A stretch of DNA of 64,000 nt from Desulfurococcaceae archaeon (GCA_038888155.1 JAWAJB010000003.1:96001-160000); one strand, 5' to 3'. Positions 1 through 10,075 are shown, numbered from the stretch's first letter. Program-made: numbers and translations. The notes: generated by a model not told the origin, from the letters alone.

Positions 1-245
1 AGGAGCGAGCAAAGCAACTCTACTTTAGGGTTATGAGCGAGCTCGAGACGAGGAGAGCGCGCATAATTTCACTAGATTCGGAGCTTAGAACGAGGCACTA
101 CTCAATAGAGCTACCTCATTCAACTAGGTACCTTTACCCGCTGGCTGCAGCTGTAGTGCTACAGCTACTAGCCTATTACCTTGGAGTCGCAAAGGGTTTG
201 CCAGTCGATACTCCTCCTGGGCTGGCGAAAACGATAACAACTTAG
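1..245 (+). CDS. glmS: Glucosamine-6-phosphate synthase (isomerizing), C-terminal fragment running off the left edge
   Basis: C-terminus ...LQLLAYYLGVAKGLPVDTPPGLAKTITT matches the GlmS SIS-domain end (QLLAY...G.DVD.PRNLAKSVT); frame is open back to the window start. Confidence 0.8.
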   Translation, partial: ERAKQLYFRVMSELETRRARIISLDSELRTRHYSIELPHSTRYLYPLAAAVVLQLLAYYLGVAKGLPVDTPPGLAKTITT

Positions 246-370
246 TTGGGCAATAGAGTACGTAAGCTGTTGTTTAATCCAACTCAATACAGAGCATAAA
301 ATTACGGCTAGGAGCTCTGGGGAGTTATCGCGAGTTTTACGCGGGCTTTGAGGTCAATGTAGATCTACAT

Positions 371-1036
371 CTACTGTGAAAAACGAATGCCCATCTCCCT
401 TAGGATGCTGACAGAGGTTACAGCTGGGTCTTTCGAAGAAGTTATAGCTGAACCCACAACTACTACATCAATTCCTTGGCTGACAATAGGCCCTATAGTG
501 CCTGGTTTAAGCCCTCCTGCAACGCCCACTCTAACGCCTAGCTCCTCCTTTGCCCTGATCGCCTCTTTAACTAGCTCTTCCCCAGTTACCCCCCTATACC
601 TCTGCGAGCTGATGCCTACGTGAAATAGAATTATGTCTGGTTCGTACCTAGCTACTTCAACCGCCCTCTTGTACGGCTCTCTCTGGCCTATTAAATCTAG
701 AACGAGTCCTTTTCCGTACTGCTTCTTTGTCTCAAGTGCTTCCCTCAATGTGTCATCGTCGGCTACTGCTAAAACGGTGAATGCATCTGCTCCAGCTTCA
801 AGGACTATTTTAGCCTCAGCTCTAGGTACGTCCATTGTTTTTGTATCTGCGACTAGGTAGCACTTAGTTAGCTCTTTCAGGGCTTTCACTGCGAGCTTTC
901 CCCAAGCCTTTAGTAGGGGGGTTCCAACCTCAATCCACGTGTGATCACAGTTTGTTGCTACTGCTACTTTGGATGCTACATCTACTGCCTTAACTAGGTC
1001 CTCGAGGTCTAAAGCCACCTGTAGCACGGGGTACAT
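371..1036 (-). CDS. 3-hexulose-6-phosphate synthase (HUMPS/OMPDC-fold)
   Basis: PVLQVALD, IEVGTPL, VADTKTMD, VAGG, VVVGSAIT motifs; ATG at 1036 preferred over the upstream TTG. Confidence 0.85.
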   Translation of the reverse strand: MYPVLQVALDLEDLVKAVDVASKVAVATNCDHTWIEVGTPLLKAWGKLAVKALKELTKCYLVADTKTMDVPRAEAKIVLEAGADAFTVLAVADDDTLREALETKKQYGKGLVLDLIGQREPYKRAVEVARYEPDIILFHVGISSQRYRGVTGEELVKEAIRAKEELGVRVGVAGGLKPGTIGPIVSQGIDVVVVGSAITSSKDPAVTSVSILREMGIRFSQ

Positions 1037-1114
1037 ATTATTTAACCCAATTATACTCAATGTAAACGAGCTTATTTTATCCTTCTTTCACTACGTGAAA
1101 ATGGATGTTAGCGC

Positions 1115-1855
1115 ATGGAGGCGGGCATCGACGTTAAACGCGTGAAAGAGAGGATAAGAGAGAGAATTTGGAGCCTCCTCGAGCAGACCAACGCTGCAGC
1201 GTTTCCTAGGCCCGTTACAGGCAGAATACCTAACTTCAAGGGTGCTGATAGAGCCGCTGAGCAAATAGCCACACTAAGGGAGTGGCAGTCAGCTGAAGTA
1301 ATAAAGGCCAACCCAGACTCGCCTCAGTACTACCTTAGGCTAAAGGCCCTTCTTGAGGGTAAGCTAGTTGTTATGGCCTCACCTAAGCTCCAAAGCGGCT
1401 TTATCCTGGTAAACCCATTTAAAATACCTCGTGATAAGTACTCGCGCGCTGCAACAATCAGCGGCTCATTTAAGTACGGGGGCTTTGTCAAGCTACAGGA
1501 GATACCAAAAATAGATGTAGTGGTAACAGGATGTGTAGCTGTAGATAGGCGGGGCACGAGGCTAGGTAAAGGCGGCGGCTTCTCTGAGCTCGAGTACGGC
1601 ATATTGAAGGAGCTTAGGTTAGTGGACGAGGGCACGCCCATTTTAACTACTGTTCACGATCTACAGGTTGTCGAAGACACAGTCCCCATTGAGGTGCACG
1701 ACCTCACAGTGGATTTCTACGCTACGCCGACGCGCCTAGTGAAAACATCGGGTGGAAAGTACAGGCCGCAGGGCGTTTACTGGGAGCTTCTAACCCCCTC
1801 GCTAAGGAGCCTAGGAGTTATAAGGGAGCTTATTGCCCTACGGGGATATAAATAA
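1115..1855 (+). CDS. 5-formyltetrahydrofolate cyclo-ligase family protein
   Basis: GRIPNFKGA, NPDSPQ, RLGKGGGFSELE, HDLTVD motifs. Confidence 0.85.
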   Translation: MEAGIDVKRVKERIRERIWSLLEQTNAAAFPRPVTGRIPNFKGADRAAEQIATLREWQSAEVIKANPDSPQYYLRLKALLEGKLVVMASPKLQSGFILVNPFKIPRDKYSRAATISGSFKYGGFVKLQEIPKIDVVVTGCVAVDRRGTRLGKGGGFSELEYGILKELRLVDEGTPILTTVHDLQVVEDTVPIEVHDLTVDFYATPTRLVKTSGGKYRPQGVYWELLTPSLRSLGVIRELIALRGYK

Positions 1856-1898
1856 AAAAGTACGCCTAGGAGTATAATGCAGTGATTGGTCGATAAAA

Positions 1899-2987
1899 AT
1901 GAATATTGAGAGCTTGCTAGATCTAACTGTGGGACTTGTAAATAAGCGCCTCAAAGAGCTTTTCAGCGAGATGTACGGGGAGATCTCAGCAGAGGCCCCT
2001 CACGCTCGAGACCTAGCTGGCGTAACCGAGGACTACACGCTTCGAGGCGGTAAGAGGCTTAGAGCTATGCTAGTTTTAATTGGATACTGGAGCAAGCACT
2101 GGGGCACCGACGTAAAACAGGTGTTAGACGTAATGGCTGCAGTAGAGCTACTTCAGAGCTACTTGCTAATACACGACGATATAATGGATAGGGACGAGAT
2201 GAGAAGAGGGGGTCCAACGGCTCACGTATCCTTTGCTAGGATCTGTAGCCAGAAGCAGTGGAAGGACTGCAATCACTACGGAGTTTCGCAGGCTATAGTG
2301 GCGGGAGACCTGTTAGAGGCCTTCGCGGTCAGGTCGCTGTCATCGATAAGGGCTAGCGGAGATCTTTTAAACGACTTGATCTCAACGTACTCAAAGGGGC
2401 TGCGTAGAGTTGCCTACGGCCAGTTCCTCGACGTAGTGTACTCGCAGCTTCCTCTAGGTGAAGTCCACGAAGAGGACGTTGTGCTCGTTTACAAGCTGAA
2501 GACATCCTCCTATACTGTAGAGTTGCCGCTACATCTTGGGTCGATTGCCTCGGGCAAGTACAGTGCTAAGTTGCTCGGGGATTTGACCAACTACGCAGTG
2601 CCTGCAGGCATAGCATTTCAGATAAGGGACGACATCATAGGCCTTTTCGGAGATCCAAGCGTGACGGGCAAACCAGTAGGCAGCGATATTAAAAGCAAGA
2701 AGAAGACGCTACCAGTAGTCAAAGCGCACGAGCTTTCAAGCGATAGCGATAAGAAGATGCTCGAGCTTGTGTACAATACGTTGCAGGAAGATGAAGTAAG
2801 CAACGAACACGTCGAGGAAGTTAGGAGAATAGTTCGCGACTCGGGAGGCTTGAAGTATAGCGAGGAAATGATTAAGATTTATCTGAATAACGCAAAGGAT
2901 GCCCTAGAGTCTTCAAGTGAGCTCTGCGAAGAAGCTAAAGAGGCCCTTAAAGTGCTCGCAGATAGGTTATCCTACAGGGATAAGTAA
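1899..2987 (+). CDS. Polyprenyl diphosphate synthase (GGPP synthase)
   Basis: GGKRLR, FARM LIHDDIMD..RRG, GQFLD, KT, SARM FQIRDD. Confidence 0.92.
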   Translation: MNIESLLDLTVGLVNKRLKELFSEMYGEISAEAPHARDLAGVTEDYTLRGGKRLRAMLVLIGYWSKHWGTDVKQVLDVMAAVELLQSYLLIHDDIMDRDEMRRGGPTAHVSFARICSQKQWKDCNHYGVSQAIVAGDLLEAFAVRSLSSIRASGDLLNDLISTYSKGLRRVAYGQFLDVVYSQLPLGEVHEEDVVLVYKLKTSSYTVELPLHLGSIASGKYSAKLLGDLTNYAVPAGIAFQIRDDIIGLFGDPSVTGKPVGSDIKSKKKTLPVVKAHELSSDSDKKMLELVYNTLQEDEVSNEHVEEVRRIVRDSGGLKYSEEMIKIYLNNAKDALESSSELCEEAKEALKVLADRLSYRDK

Positions 2988-3024
2988 AGCAAAAGAATTT
3001 GTCCAGAAACAGCCAAGTCGAGCT

Positions 3025-3303
3025 TTACTCTCCCCTTTCTATGTGGTGATCAACGCATACTTTTTCTTCGTTGTTATCTATTTCCCTCAGGGGCGGTATG
3101 TTAGGCGTCCTCAGCAGCCCGACTCCAATTATTAAGAATATCGATATAAATATGAGGAACATTACAAAAACAGTGAGTTTAAGTGTTAGGCTTTGAATTT
3201 CAGGAGCGGAGAAAAACAAAAGATATACGTACAGCTTTAGAACAATTATTGACACCAATACGCTTAAAAACCCTGCTAGCATTCTGCGACTCAACTGCTT
3301 CAC
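3025..3303 (-). CDS. Small membrane protein, two TM helices, unknown function
   Basis: Two hydrophobic stretches; GTG start with upstream promoter-like AT tract; fills the gap. Confidence 0.55.
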   Translation of the reverse strand: MKQLSRRMLAGFLSVLVSIIVLKLYVYLLFFSAPEIQSLTLKLTVFVMFLIFISIFLIIGVGLLRTPNIPPLREIDNNEEKVCVDHHIERGE

Positions 3304-3398
3304 CGTAGAGATTAACTCCTCGTTTAGTTACTGTAGCCTGTTACTATTCACATTTAACCTACGCTTTGCATTAATATTTTAGTGTCGCGGTTAATAAA

Positions 3399-3644
3399 AT
3401 GGGTAGGAGGAAAGGAGCAATAGAGGAGTGGCTAAAAAAGGTTTTCTTTAGTGGGCACAAAGAGCAATATATTGTCTTTGTAAAGCACAGATCGGACGGC
3501 GAAGAGACCTTAAAGCCCATTCCAGGCGATTTAATTGAGGATGTAAGAGGGGGCTGTATCTTTATTGGAGATGAGGTAATACCGTATCACAGAGTAGTGG
3601 AGATTAGGACAAAAAAAGGAGCTGTTATTTATAGAAGAGGTTAG
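3399..3644 (+). CDS. DUF504/UPF0248 family protein
   Basis: HR..., IPYHRVVEIR signature, 81 aa. Confidence 0.8.
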   Translation: MGRRKGAIEEWLKKVFFSGHKEQYIVFVKHRSDGEETLKPIPGDLIEDVRGGCIFIGDEVIPYHRVVEIRTKKGAVIYRRG

Positions 3645-4921
3645 ATCCAGCCGCGCAGCTTCATAGCCTTAACTACTCTATCCACAGCAATAGCGTAGGC
3701 AGCTGTCCTCATTGGGTACTTTGATAGCCTCTTCTGCCAGTCGTCGAAAACTCTGTGGAAGTTGTTAGACATCATTTTGTCCAACCTTGCAAGGGCCTCA
3801 TCGTCTGTTAACCAGCATCCCATCTTGTTGTGGCTCCACTCTATCCAGCTCATTGTAACGCCTCCAGCGTTAGCCAGTATATCTGGTATAACTACTGTTC
3901 CCTTTTCATGTAATATCTGATCTGCATCTGGGGTTGTCGGTCCATTAGCACCCTCTGCTATGATCTTTGCCTTTACCCTAGGCGCGTTCTGCGCCGTGAT
4001 AACATTCTCAATAGCTGCTGGCACTAGAATATCAACGGGGATTTCAAGTAGCTCCATGTGGTTGCCGAAGGCCTTAACGTCACCCTTCTTGTAGCTTGTT
4101 ACGCTGTCAGTTGCCTGTTTGACCTTCATAGCTTCATCTACATCAATCCCCTTGGGGTCGTATATGTAGCCTTTGCTATCGCTTACTGCTACTACGGTAG
4201 CTCCCCACTCCGCTAGGTACTTAGCTGCATATGAGCCTACGTTGCCAAAGCCGTGCACTGCAACTGTTCTACCCTCTAGCCCTCCGAAAACCTTTTTAGC
4301 TGCCTCTCTAGCCGCTAACGCAACGCCGTATCCAGTTGAGATAACTCTTGCGCGTAGTCCTCCAATGTCGGCTGGTTTAGCTGTTACTACGCCCCAAGCT
4401 GGGTATCCGACTATTTTGCTGTATTCATCAAAGTACCACGCCATTGTCTGTGGGTTTGTATACACGTCTGGTGCAGGTATATCGAGGTTTTCGCCTACCT
4501 CGCGGGCTATTCCCGCGAAGTACTTTCTGCTGAGATCCTCTATCTCTCTAGCGCTGAGCTCTTTGGGGTTAACTCTTACACCTCCCTTGCCTCCACCATA
4601 AGGTAGGCCTGCTAGGGCGTTTTTCCAAGTCATCCACATCGATAGAGCAACGGTTTCTCCAGCAGTTACGTTCTCGCCGTACCTCACTCCTCCCTTGTAG
4701 GGGCCTAGCGCGCTGTTGTGTTGGCTTCTCCAGCCAAGGTAAGTAGCAATTTTTCCATTGTCGCGCTTGATAGTTATCTTCACTTGTACTAGCTTCTCAG
4801 GATGGGATAAGACCTCAACTACTTCGTCCGACAGCCCAAGGATGCTGGCGAACTCGCGTAGTTGTTTTACTGCCATTTGATAAACTGGGTCTTTTTCATA
4901 CGAGTATCCATGTTCAGACAT
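3641..4921 (-). CDS. gdhA: Glutamate dehydrogenase (NAD(P)-dependent)
   Basis: GPYKGGVRY, GGGKGG, DIPAPDVYT, GFGNVG, EGANGP, PDILANAGGV; ATG at 4921. Confidence 0.95.
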   Translation of the reverse strand: MSEHGYSYEKDPVYQMAVKQLREFASILGLSDEVVEVLSHPEKLVQVKITIKRDNGKIATYLGWRSQHNSALGPYKGGVRYGENVTAGETVALSMWMTWKNALAGLPYGGGKGGVRVNPKELSAREIEDLSRKYFAGIAREVGENLDIPAPDVYTNPQTMAWYFDEYSKIVGYPAWGVVTAKPADIGGLRARVISTGYGVALAAREAAKKVFGGLEGRTVAVHGFGNVGSYAAKYLAEWGATVVAVSDSKGYIYDPKGIDVDEAMKVKQATDSVTSYKKGDVKAFGNHMELLEIPVDILVPAAIENVITAQNAPRVKAKIIAEGANGPTTPDADQILHEKGTVVIPDILANAGGVTMSWIEWSHNKMGCWLTDDEALARLDKMMSNNFHRVFDDWQKRLSKYPMRTAAYAIAVDRVVKAMKLRGWI

Positions 4922-5062
4922 AGCACTTCCCTTTACTATATATGGCAACCGGGTTTAAAAACATGCTTTAGTTATACAGTTATATATATATGATAACCTC
5001 AATCAAATGATAAATTACAGATTTTATTGCAAAGTATATAGACATATATAGATATTTATGCA

Positions 5063-5120
5063 TATCAGCCCTCACACGGCTCCTCACAGTAGCCCTCGGA
5101 ACCGAAGTCGCTCATCACCG
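5063..5120 (-). ncRNA. Box C/D methylation guide sRNA
   Basis: Minus strand: C box GTGATGA (5118-5112), 12-nt guide GCGACTTCGGTT, D' CCGA, spacer, C' GTGAGGA, 12-nt guide GCCGTGTGAGGG, D box CTGA (5068-5065); canonical archaeal bipartite layout. Confidence 0.88.
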
Positions 5121-5166
5121 TAAAGGTAATATATTGGTATCCTTTAATATTTATCGTGGTGTCTCG

Positions 5167-5712
5167 ATGAAGCCAGCAATTCTAGTTATTGACATGCTAA
5201 AGGAGTTTGTATACGGTAGGTTAAAGAGCCCTACGGCGCCGGCAATAATTCCAGCAGTAAAGGCGCTAGTAGAGAAAGCCCGCTCGAAAAATATCCCAGT
5301 GATCTACCTCCTCGACAGGCACTATCCCTTCGATAGGGAGGTCAATTTATGGGGCCTTCACGCTATGGTTGGGGACAGCGAGGCTGAGGTAGTAGACGAG
5401 TTGAAGCCCAGTAGCGGAGACTTAGTCCTATACAAGAGATCATATACTGGATTCCGCGACACGGGCCTTGAGGGAATCCTTAGGGATCTAGGCAGAGATA
5501 CTGTTGTTTTAACGGGCATTCACACGCATATATGCGTTTTACACACTGCAATAGATGCGTATTACGCTGGATTCAACGTTGTAGTAGTCAAGGACGCCGT
5601 AGCCGCTTTTAGCCAGGAGGATCACGACTACGCAATTAAGTACATGGAGAAGATACTTGGAGCTAAGCTGATTGATACAACTGAAGCCCTCGCTCAGTTA
5701 AGCAACCTTTAG
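5167..5712 (+). CDS. Isochorismatase/nicotinamidase family cysteine hydrolase
   Basis: ILVIDM, D.H, K.SY.GF, GIHTHICV (Asp-Lys-Cys triad). Confidence 0.9.
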   Translation: MKPAILVIDMLKEFVYGRLKSPTAPAIIPAVKALVEKARSKNIPVIYLLDRHYPFDREVNLWGLHAMVGDSEAEVVDELKPSSGDLVLYKRSYTGFRDTGLEGILRDLGRDTVVLTGIHTHICVLHTAIDAYYAGFNVVVVKDAVAAFSQEDHDYAIKYMEKILGAKLIDTTEALAQLSNL

Positions 5713-6467
5713 TGGCACTTCTTCTTCCAGTGTTCAATGATATCCCCTTCAACAGGACTCGGCTTTGCAAGTATAACTACGCTGTGCGGCGGCGGGGGGT
5801 ATGCGTAGCCCTTAATGTCTACAAGCGAACCAACGCATATTTTCTCGTCCTTCCAACCCAAGCGGGCAACCCCAAGCGATAGCTGTTTCTCTAGGATACC
5901 CCCCTCGTCTAGGTAGAGCAGTATATCTACAGCTTCACTGATGGTCATGAACTTCAATTCATCTACCCTTAGATCCAACAAGACAATAGTGTGGAGATTT
6001 CTCTGGAGATTGCCGTAAATAGCCTCAAGCGTGCTATAGGGCTTAAAAGAAGTTGGATACACTAGGGTAACGTGTTTCCCAAACCTGTAGGACTGTAGCC
6101 CCAGCCTGCTATACGCCATTGTTATAAACGAGATTCCGTTAACGATCTTCACCTCGACGCCCTGCTTAGTTGCTTCGCTAAGTAGCGCGTCGTGAGTTGT
6201 CGCAATGAACGGATCGCCAGGTACAGCTATTACGACTTTCCTGCCCTTAGCTTCTTCCACAACCCTCCTCATAGAATCGCCCTCTAGGTCTCGCCTACTA
6301 GCGTACACGTACTTGGCTTGTGGATTAAAAGACTCGATCTCGGCAAGGGGGTCCTCGTACATAGACGTGTATGTATCGACGAACACGATATCGGCTGTTT
6401 TCAGCTCCTCGAGGGCCTCTAATGTTAAGTGCCTAGTTGAGTAGCCTAAGCCAATGAAAACCAACAT
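5709..6467 (-). CDS. dph5: Diphthine synthase (diphthine methyl ester synthase)
   Basis: MLVFIGLG, DTYTS, GDPFIATTH, GLQSYRFGK, LHTIVLLD, PPPHS. Confidence 0.93.
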   Translation of the reverse strand: MLVFIGLGYSTRHLTLEALEELKTADIVFVDTYTSMYEDPLAEIESFNPQAKYVYASRRDLEGDSMRRVVEEAKGRKVVIAVPGDPFIATTHDALLSEATKQGVEVKIVNGISFITMAYSRLGLQSYRFGKHVTLVYPTSFKPYSTLEAIYGNLQRNLHTIVLLDLRVDELKFMTISEAVDILLYLDEGGILEKQLSLGVARLGWKDEKICVGSLVDIKGYAYPPPPHSVVILAKPSPVEGDIIEHWKKKCH

Positions 6468-6698
6468 GGTCGACGCTGTCCCTCCAAATACCAGGTATAT
6501 CAAGGGCGTCGTTGCTTAAAGTCTTGCATCCCTGAATTTCTGTATCCACGCCAATGAGTTAGACGCTGAAGGGCCCTTGGTCCCCTCAGGAGGCGACTTA
6601 GAAAAGACCGCTTCTAATTCCCACAGCAGAACTCTAGTTAAATACTTGCTCAACACTTAATTTTTGGCTTTAAGCATTAAAGTCCTCTAGGTGTAGCC

Positions 6699-7487
6699 AT
6701 GAGCCACGTATTCGTTAAGTTGGGAGGGAGCTTTATTACGCATAAGGATAAGCCAGTAAGTGTTAACTACCACGCACTTAAGCACTTGAGGGAAATCTTC
6801 AGGGCTGTGCTTAGGCAACAGGGCATAAGTGTTCTAGTGGGCAACGGGGGCGGTAGCTTCGCTCACTACACTGTCCTAAAGTACGCTAATACCTGCAACA
6901 AAGCGCTGTTAGTTAAATGCCATGAGTCTACTAGAATGCTCAATAGGATGATTGTCGACTACTTGTTGGAAAGCGAGATCTTGGCTACGAGCGTTCAAAC
7001 GAGTAGCATTGTGTACTACGATGAGAGCTCACAGGACATAGACGTCTTCACTAAGCCTGTTGAAGTCCTCTTGAGCTTGGGAATAATCCCAGTGGTTTAC
7101 GGCGATTGCGTGCCAACTCTGAGTAAGCCAATTATAGTTTCAACCGAGAGGCTGTTCGAGCTTATCGCGAGGTATATAAAGCCGAGGAGAATAGTCCTTT
7201 TAAGCGATGTAGGCGGAGTTTATACGTGTGATCCTAAGGCTTGCGAGAACCCCGTAGTTATAAACAGGATAACGCCCTCCAATATAGCTGAAGTGCTTAA
7301 AGTACTAGAGCAAAGTAAACACGCTGATGCAACAGGCGGAATGTTCACTAAGGTACAGTATATGAGCAGGTTAGCTGTGAAGCTTGGGATAGATGTCGTG
7401 ATAACGTCGGGGTTTGACGTAGAATCTTCAGTTTCAGCAATTCTTGGGGGAGAGCCTCTAAGGGGGACAGTAATAGCCCCCAGCTAG
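6699..7487 (+). CDS. Isopentenyl phosphate kinase
   Basis: KLGGSFIT.K, GGGSFAH, PVVYGD, DATGGM..K amino-acid-kinase motifs of the IPK subfamily. Confidence 0.85.
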   Translation: MSHVFVKLGGSFITHKDKPVSVNYHALKHLREIFRAVLRQQGISVLVGNGGGSFAHYTVLKYANTCNKALLVKCHESTRMLNRMIVDYLLESEILATSVQTSSIVYYDESSQDIDVFTKPVEVLLSLGIIPVVYGDCVPTLSKPIIVSTERLFELIARYIKPRRIVLLSDVGGVYTCDPKACENPVVINRITPSNIAEVLKVLEQSKHADATGGMFTKVQYMSRLAVKLGIDVVITSGFDVESSVSAILGGEPLRGTVIAPS

Positions 7488-7673
7488 GGGCCCCTCAACT
7501 GCATGCGTAGCCTCTGAGCTAGCCTACTAGGAGCGCATTGTCAATTAATCCCTAGCTCTCTTGCCTGTTTTTGAGTGTAGCTTTGAGTTGCAACCTGGGC
7601 TACTCCAAACTTATGATCTCCATTGATATCTTTAAATAACCTTGTCAAGTAATTATCTTGAAGGTGCTATGCC

Positions 7674-7895
7674 TTGCCCAAAAGACAAGCAGTGTTGTTG
7701 AGAAACGAGCTAGACAAACTGGGCTTAGAGCTACTGGATGTCTACAGCTACAAAGAGGGCGACTTCATAAGAGCGCTCAATAGGCAAACAGGCAGAGTGC
7801 ACGTTCACAAGAGCACAAGAAAAATAACTGCCTTGACCTCTATGGATGACATCAAAGAGCTAGCTTCTAGCATAGCAGGGCGCAGGTCAAGATAG
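7674..7895 (+). CDS. Small hypothetical protein
   Basis: TTTAAATA box at ~7631 and GGTG RBS upstream; protein-like composition. Confidence 0.6.
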   Translation: MPKRQAVLLRNELDKLGLELLDVYSYKEGDFIRALNRQTGRVHVHKSTRKITALTSMDDIKELASSIAGRRSR

Positions 7896-9344
7896 TTGCT
7901 TTTTCGCTTTAATCCAGCTTGTTTCAAGCCCCTTGTCCATTAGCTGTATGCCCACGCGTGTTAGCTCATTTCTAATGCTATCTGATAGATCGTAGATGCC
8001 GCGCTTCCTCAGCTCTCTCCTAGTTTCAACAAGTATTTTTAATACCTCGTTGAGCAGTAGATCAGCCTCTGAGACCCCCTCCTCTTCAACAGCGGTGAAG
8101 ACGTAGTTAAATGACCTTAGAGCTCTAAGGGCTAGTGAAGTTAAGAAGTACTTGGGGTTATACTGTATTTCCCGGAATACTACAGTCAGTAGCTCGCTTA
8201 CGGTAGCAATTGCCTGCGGGGTATTAAAGTCGCTACTGAGGCTTTCGTAGAACTCGTTGTTGATTTCAATGAGCCTCCTAGCCAGCTTTATGTCATTGTC
8301 ATTTAAGTAGTGCATATCGCGAGCTTCTGCCCCCAGCTTCTTCAACAAGTCATATGCAGCTACCAGCCTCTCTTTTAATCTCATGGCTTGCTCTAAGTTC
8401 TCCTCTGTAAAGCTCAGCGGCTTCCTGTAGTGAACGTGTAGGTACCATAGCCGCAGTGCGCTGTAGTCCCACTTTGCTAATGCCTCCCTTAGCGGCACTA
8501 TGTTTCCAAGGCTCTTGCTCATCTTGTCTTGGCCGATCATAACAAGGCCCGTGTGCATCCATATTGAAACCCACGGCCTAGCTCCGAAAAGAGCCTCGCT
8601 CTGAGCGCGCTCGTTCTCGTGGTGAGGAAAGATCAAGTCTGTGCCCCCTCCGTGTATATCAAACCTGCCCCCCAAGTAGCGTGAGCTCATAACGCTGCAC
8701 TCGATATGCCAGCCCGGCCTCCCCTTTCCCCACGGGCTATCCCAGTAAGGCTCGCCTGGTTTTGCCCTCTTCCATAGAACGAAGTCGTATGGGGCTTTCT
8801 TGTCGAGTAAGAACTCCTTCTCTTGATCCCACAGCTCTTTTTCACTCCTGCCCGAGAGTCTACCGTAGTCATCATACTTATCTACTTCGAAGTAAACGCT
8901 ACCGCTTGGTCCCACGTAGGCGTAGCCCTTATCTATTAGTTGTTGCACGAAATCTATGATCTCCCTGATGTGTTGAGTTACTCGAGGGTGATGATCAACA
9001 CTTATGCGCAACTTGTTGAGCACCTCAAGGTAGTCTCTCGTGTACTCGTCTGCTATTTCGCTCCAGCTCCTGTTAGTCTCATTGGCCCTCCTAATGATCT
9101 TGTCGTCAATATCAGTTATGTTCATTACGTGTACGACGTTGTAGCCTCTCAGCGCTAGGTATTTCTTCAGTGCATCATATACAACATAGGTCCTTCCGTG
9201 CCCGAGGTGAGTGTAGTCATATACTGTTGGGCCGCACACGTAAATTTTGACTAAGTTCTGCTCTGCAGGCTCAAGCAGTTTCTCGCCTTTACTTAACGTG
9301 TCATAGAGCTTAATTTTCTCGAAGTGTGACACAATCCTAATCAA
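7887..9344 (-). CDS. cysS: Cysteinyl-tRNA synthetase
   Basis: YVCGPTVYD, HLGH, ITDIDDK, GRPGWHIECS, FPHHENE, KMSKS. Confidence 0.97.
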   Translation of the reverse strand: MIRIVSHFEKIKLYDTLSKGEKLLEPAEQNLVKIYVCGPTVYDYTHLGHGRTYVVYDALKKYLALRGYNVVHVMNITDIDDKIIRRANETNRSWSEIADEYTRDYLEVLNKLRISVDHHPRVTQHIREIIDFVQQLIDKGYAYVGPSGSVYFEVDKYDDYGRLSGRSEKELWDQEKEFLLDKKAPYDFVLWKRAKPGEPYWDSPWGKGRPGWHIECSVMSSRYLGGRFDIHGGGTDLIFPHHENERAQSEALFGARPWVSIWMHTGLVMIGQDKMSKSLGNIVPLREALAKWDYSALRLWYLHVHYRKPLSFTEENLEQAMRLKERLVAAYDLLKKLGAEARDMHYLNDNDIKLARRLIEINNEFYESLSSDFNTPQAIATVSELLTVVFREIQYNPKYFLTSLALRALRSFNYVFTAVEEEGVSEADLLLNEVLKILVETRRELRKRGIYDLSDSIRNELTRVGIQLMDKGLETSWIKAKKQLS

Positions 9345-10075
9345 CCCCTGTAATATCTATCAAATACCTCCATTAAAACTCCTCCAACTCTAATAAATTC
9401 CTCTGTGAGCCCCTTAGTAAAAAAGCTTCTGTATGCTTCCTTATCGTGCAAAACGTTGCTTACGATGAGAACGCAGGCTGCCTCAAATCCCCGCATCCAC
9501 CCAAGGATAAATAAAGTTGCAGCCTCCATTTCTACGGCTATTACCCCGTACTGGCTCATTGACTCTGCGAGCTTGGGCGACTCAGCGTAAAAAGCATCGC
9601 TTGTAAATACAGGTCCGCACTTGTACGCGATGTTGTTTTCCTCGAGCAGGTCCATTACTCGGCTAGTCAACCTGGGGTGTGAGCCTGTTGCTCCGCAGAG
9701 ACCGGGCATGTACTGACCGATAGTACACCCGCCCGTATGGTAGACTGAGGAAGTAGCCACGACAACGTCGCCCACTCTAGTGTCGCTCCTTATTCCTCCA
9801 GCAGTTCCAAACCTTATTATTCTCTTGGCCCCAAGGGCCTTGAGCTCCTCGAACACCATAGCAGCGCTTGGTCCCCCAATGCCGTGATTTGCTAAGGTCA
9901 CTCTCGTGCTCTTGTAGAAGCCAGTAATTACCTTAAAGCCTCTATAAGTGTTTACAACCTTGGCATCAGTCAAAACACTTGAGAGGATCTCGACTCTAGC
10001 GGGGTCCCCGCACGCTATTACGTTGGGCGCTATATCTTGGCTGGGCGCCTTAATTAGCACAGGCAAGGTGAACAC
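9341..10075 (-). CDS. Purine nucleoside/5'-methylthioadenosine phosphorylase (hexameric PNP/UDP family)
   Basis: GDPAR, HGIGGPS, RFGTAG, SDAFY, VEME. Confidence 0.9.
   Translation of the reverse strand: MFTLPVLIKAPSQDIAPNVIACGDPARVEILSSVLTDAKVVNTYRGFKVITGFYKSTRVTLANHGIGGPSAAMVFEELKALGAKRIIRFGTAGGIRSDTRVGDVVVATSSVYHTGGCTIGQYMPGLCGATGSHPRLTSRVMDLLEENNIAYKCGPVFTSDAFYAESPKLAESMSQYGVIAVEMEAATLFILGWMRGFEAACVLIVSNVLHDKEAYRSFFTKGLTEEFIRVGGVLMEVFDRYYRG

Noticed and set aside
357-370. Perfect 14-bp palindrome ATGTAGATCTACAT between convergent genes
   Set aside because: Single occurrence, no loop or U-tract; an occasional palindrome of this length is expected by chance in 64 kb
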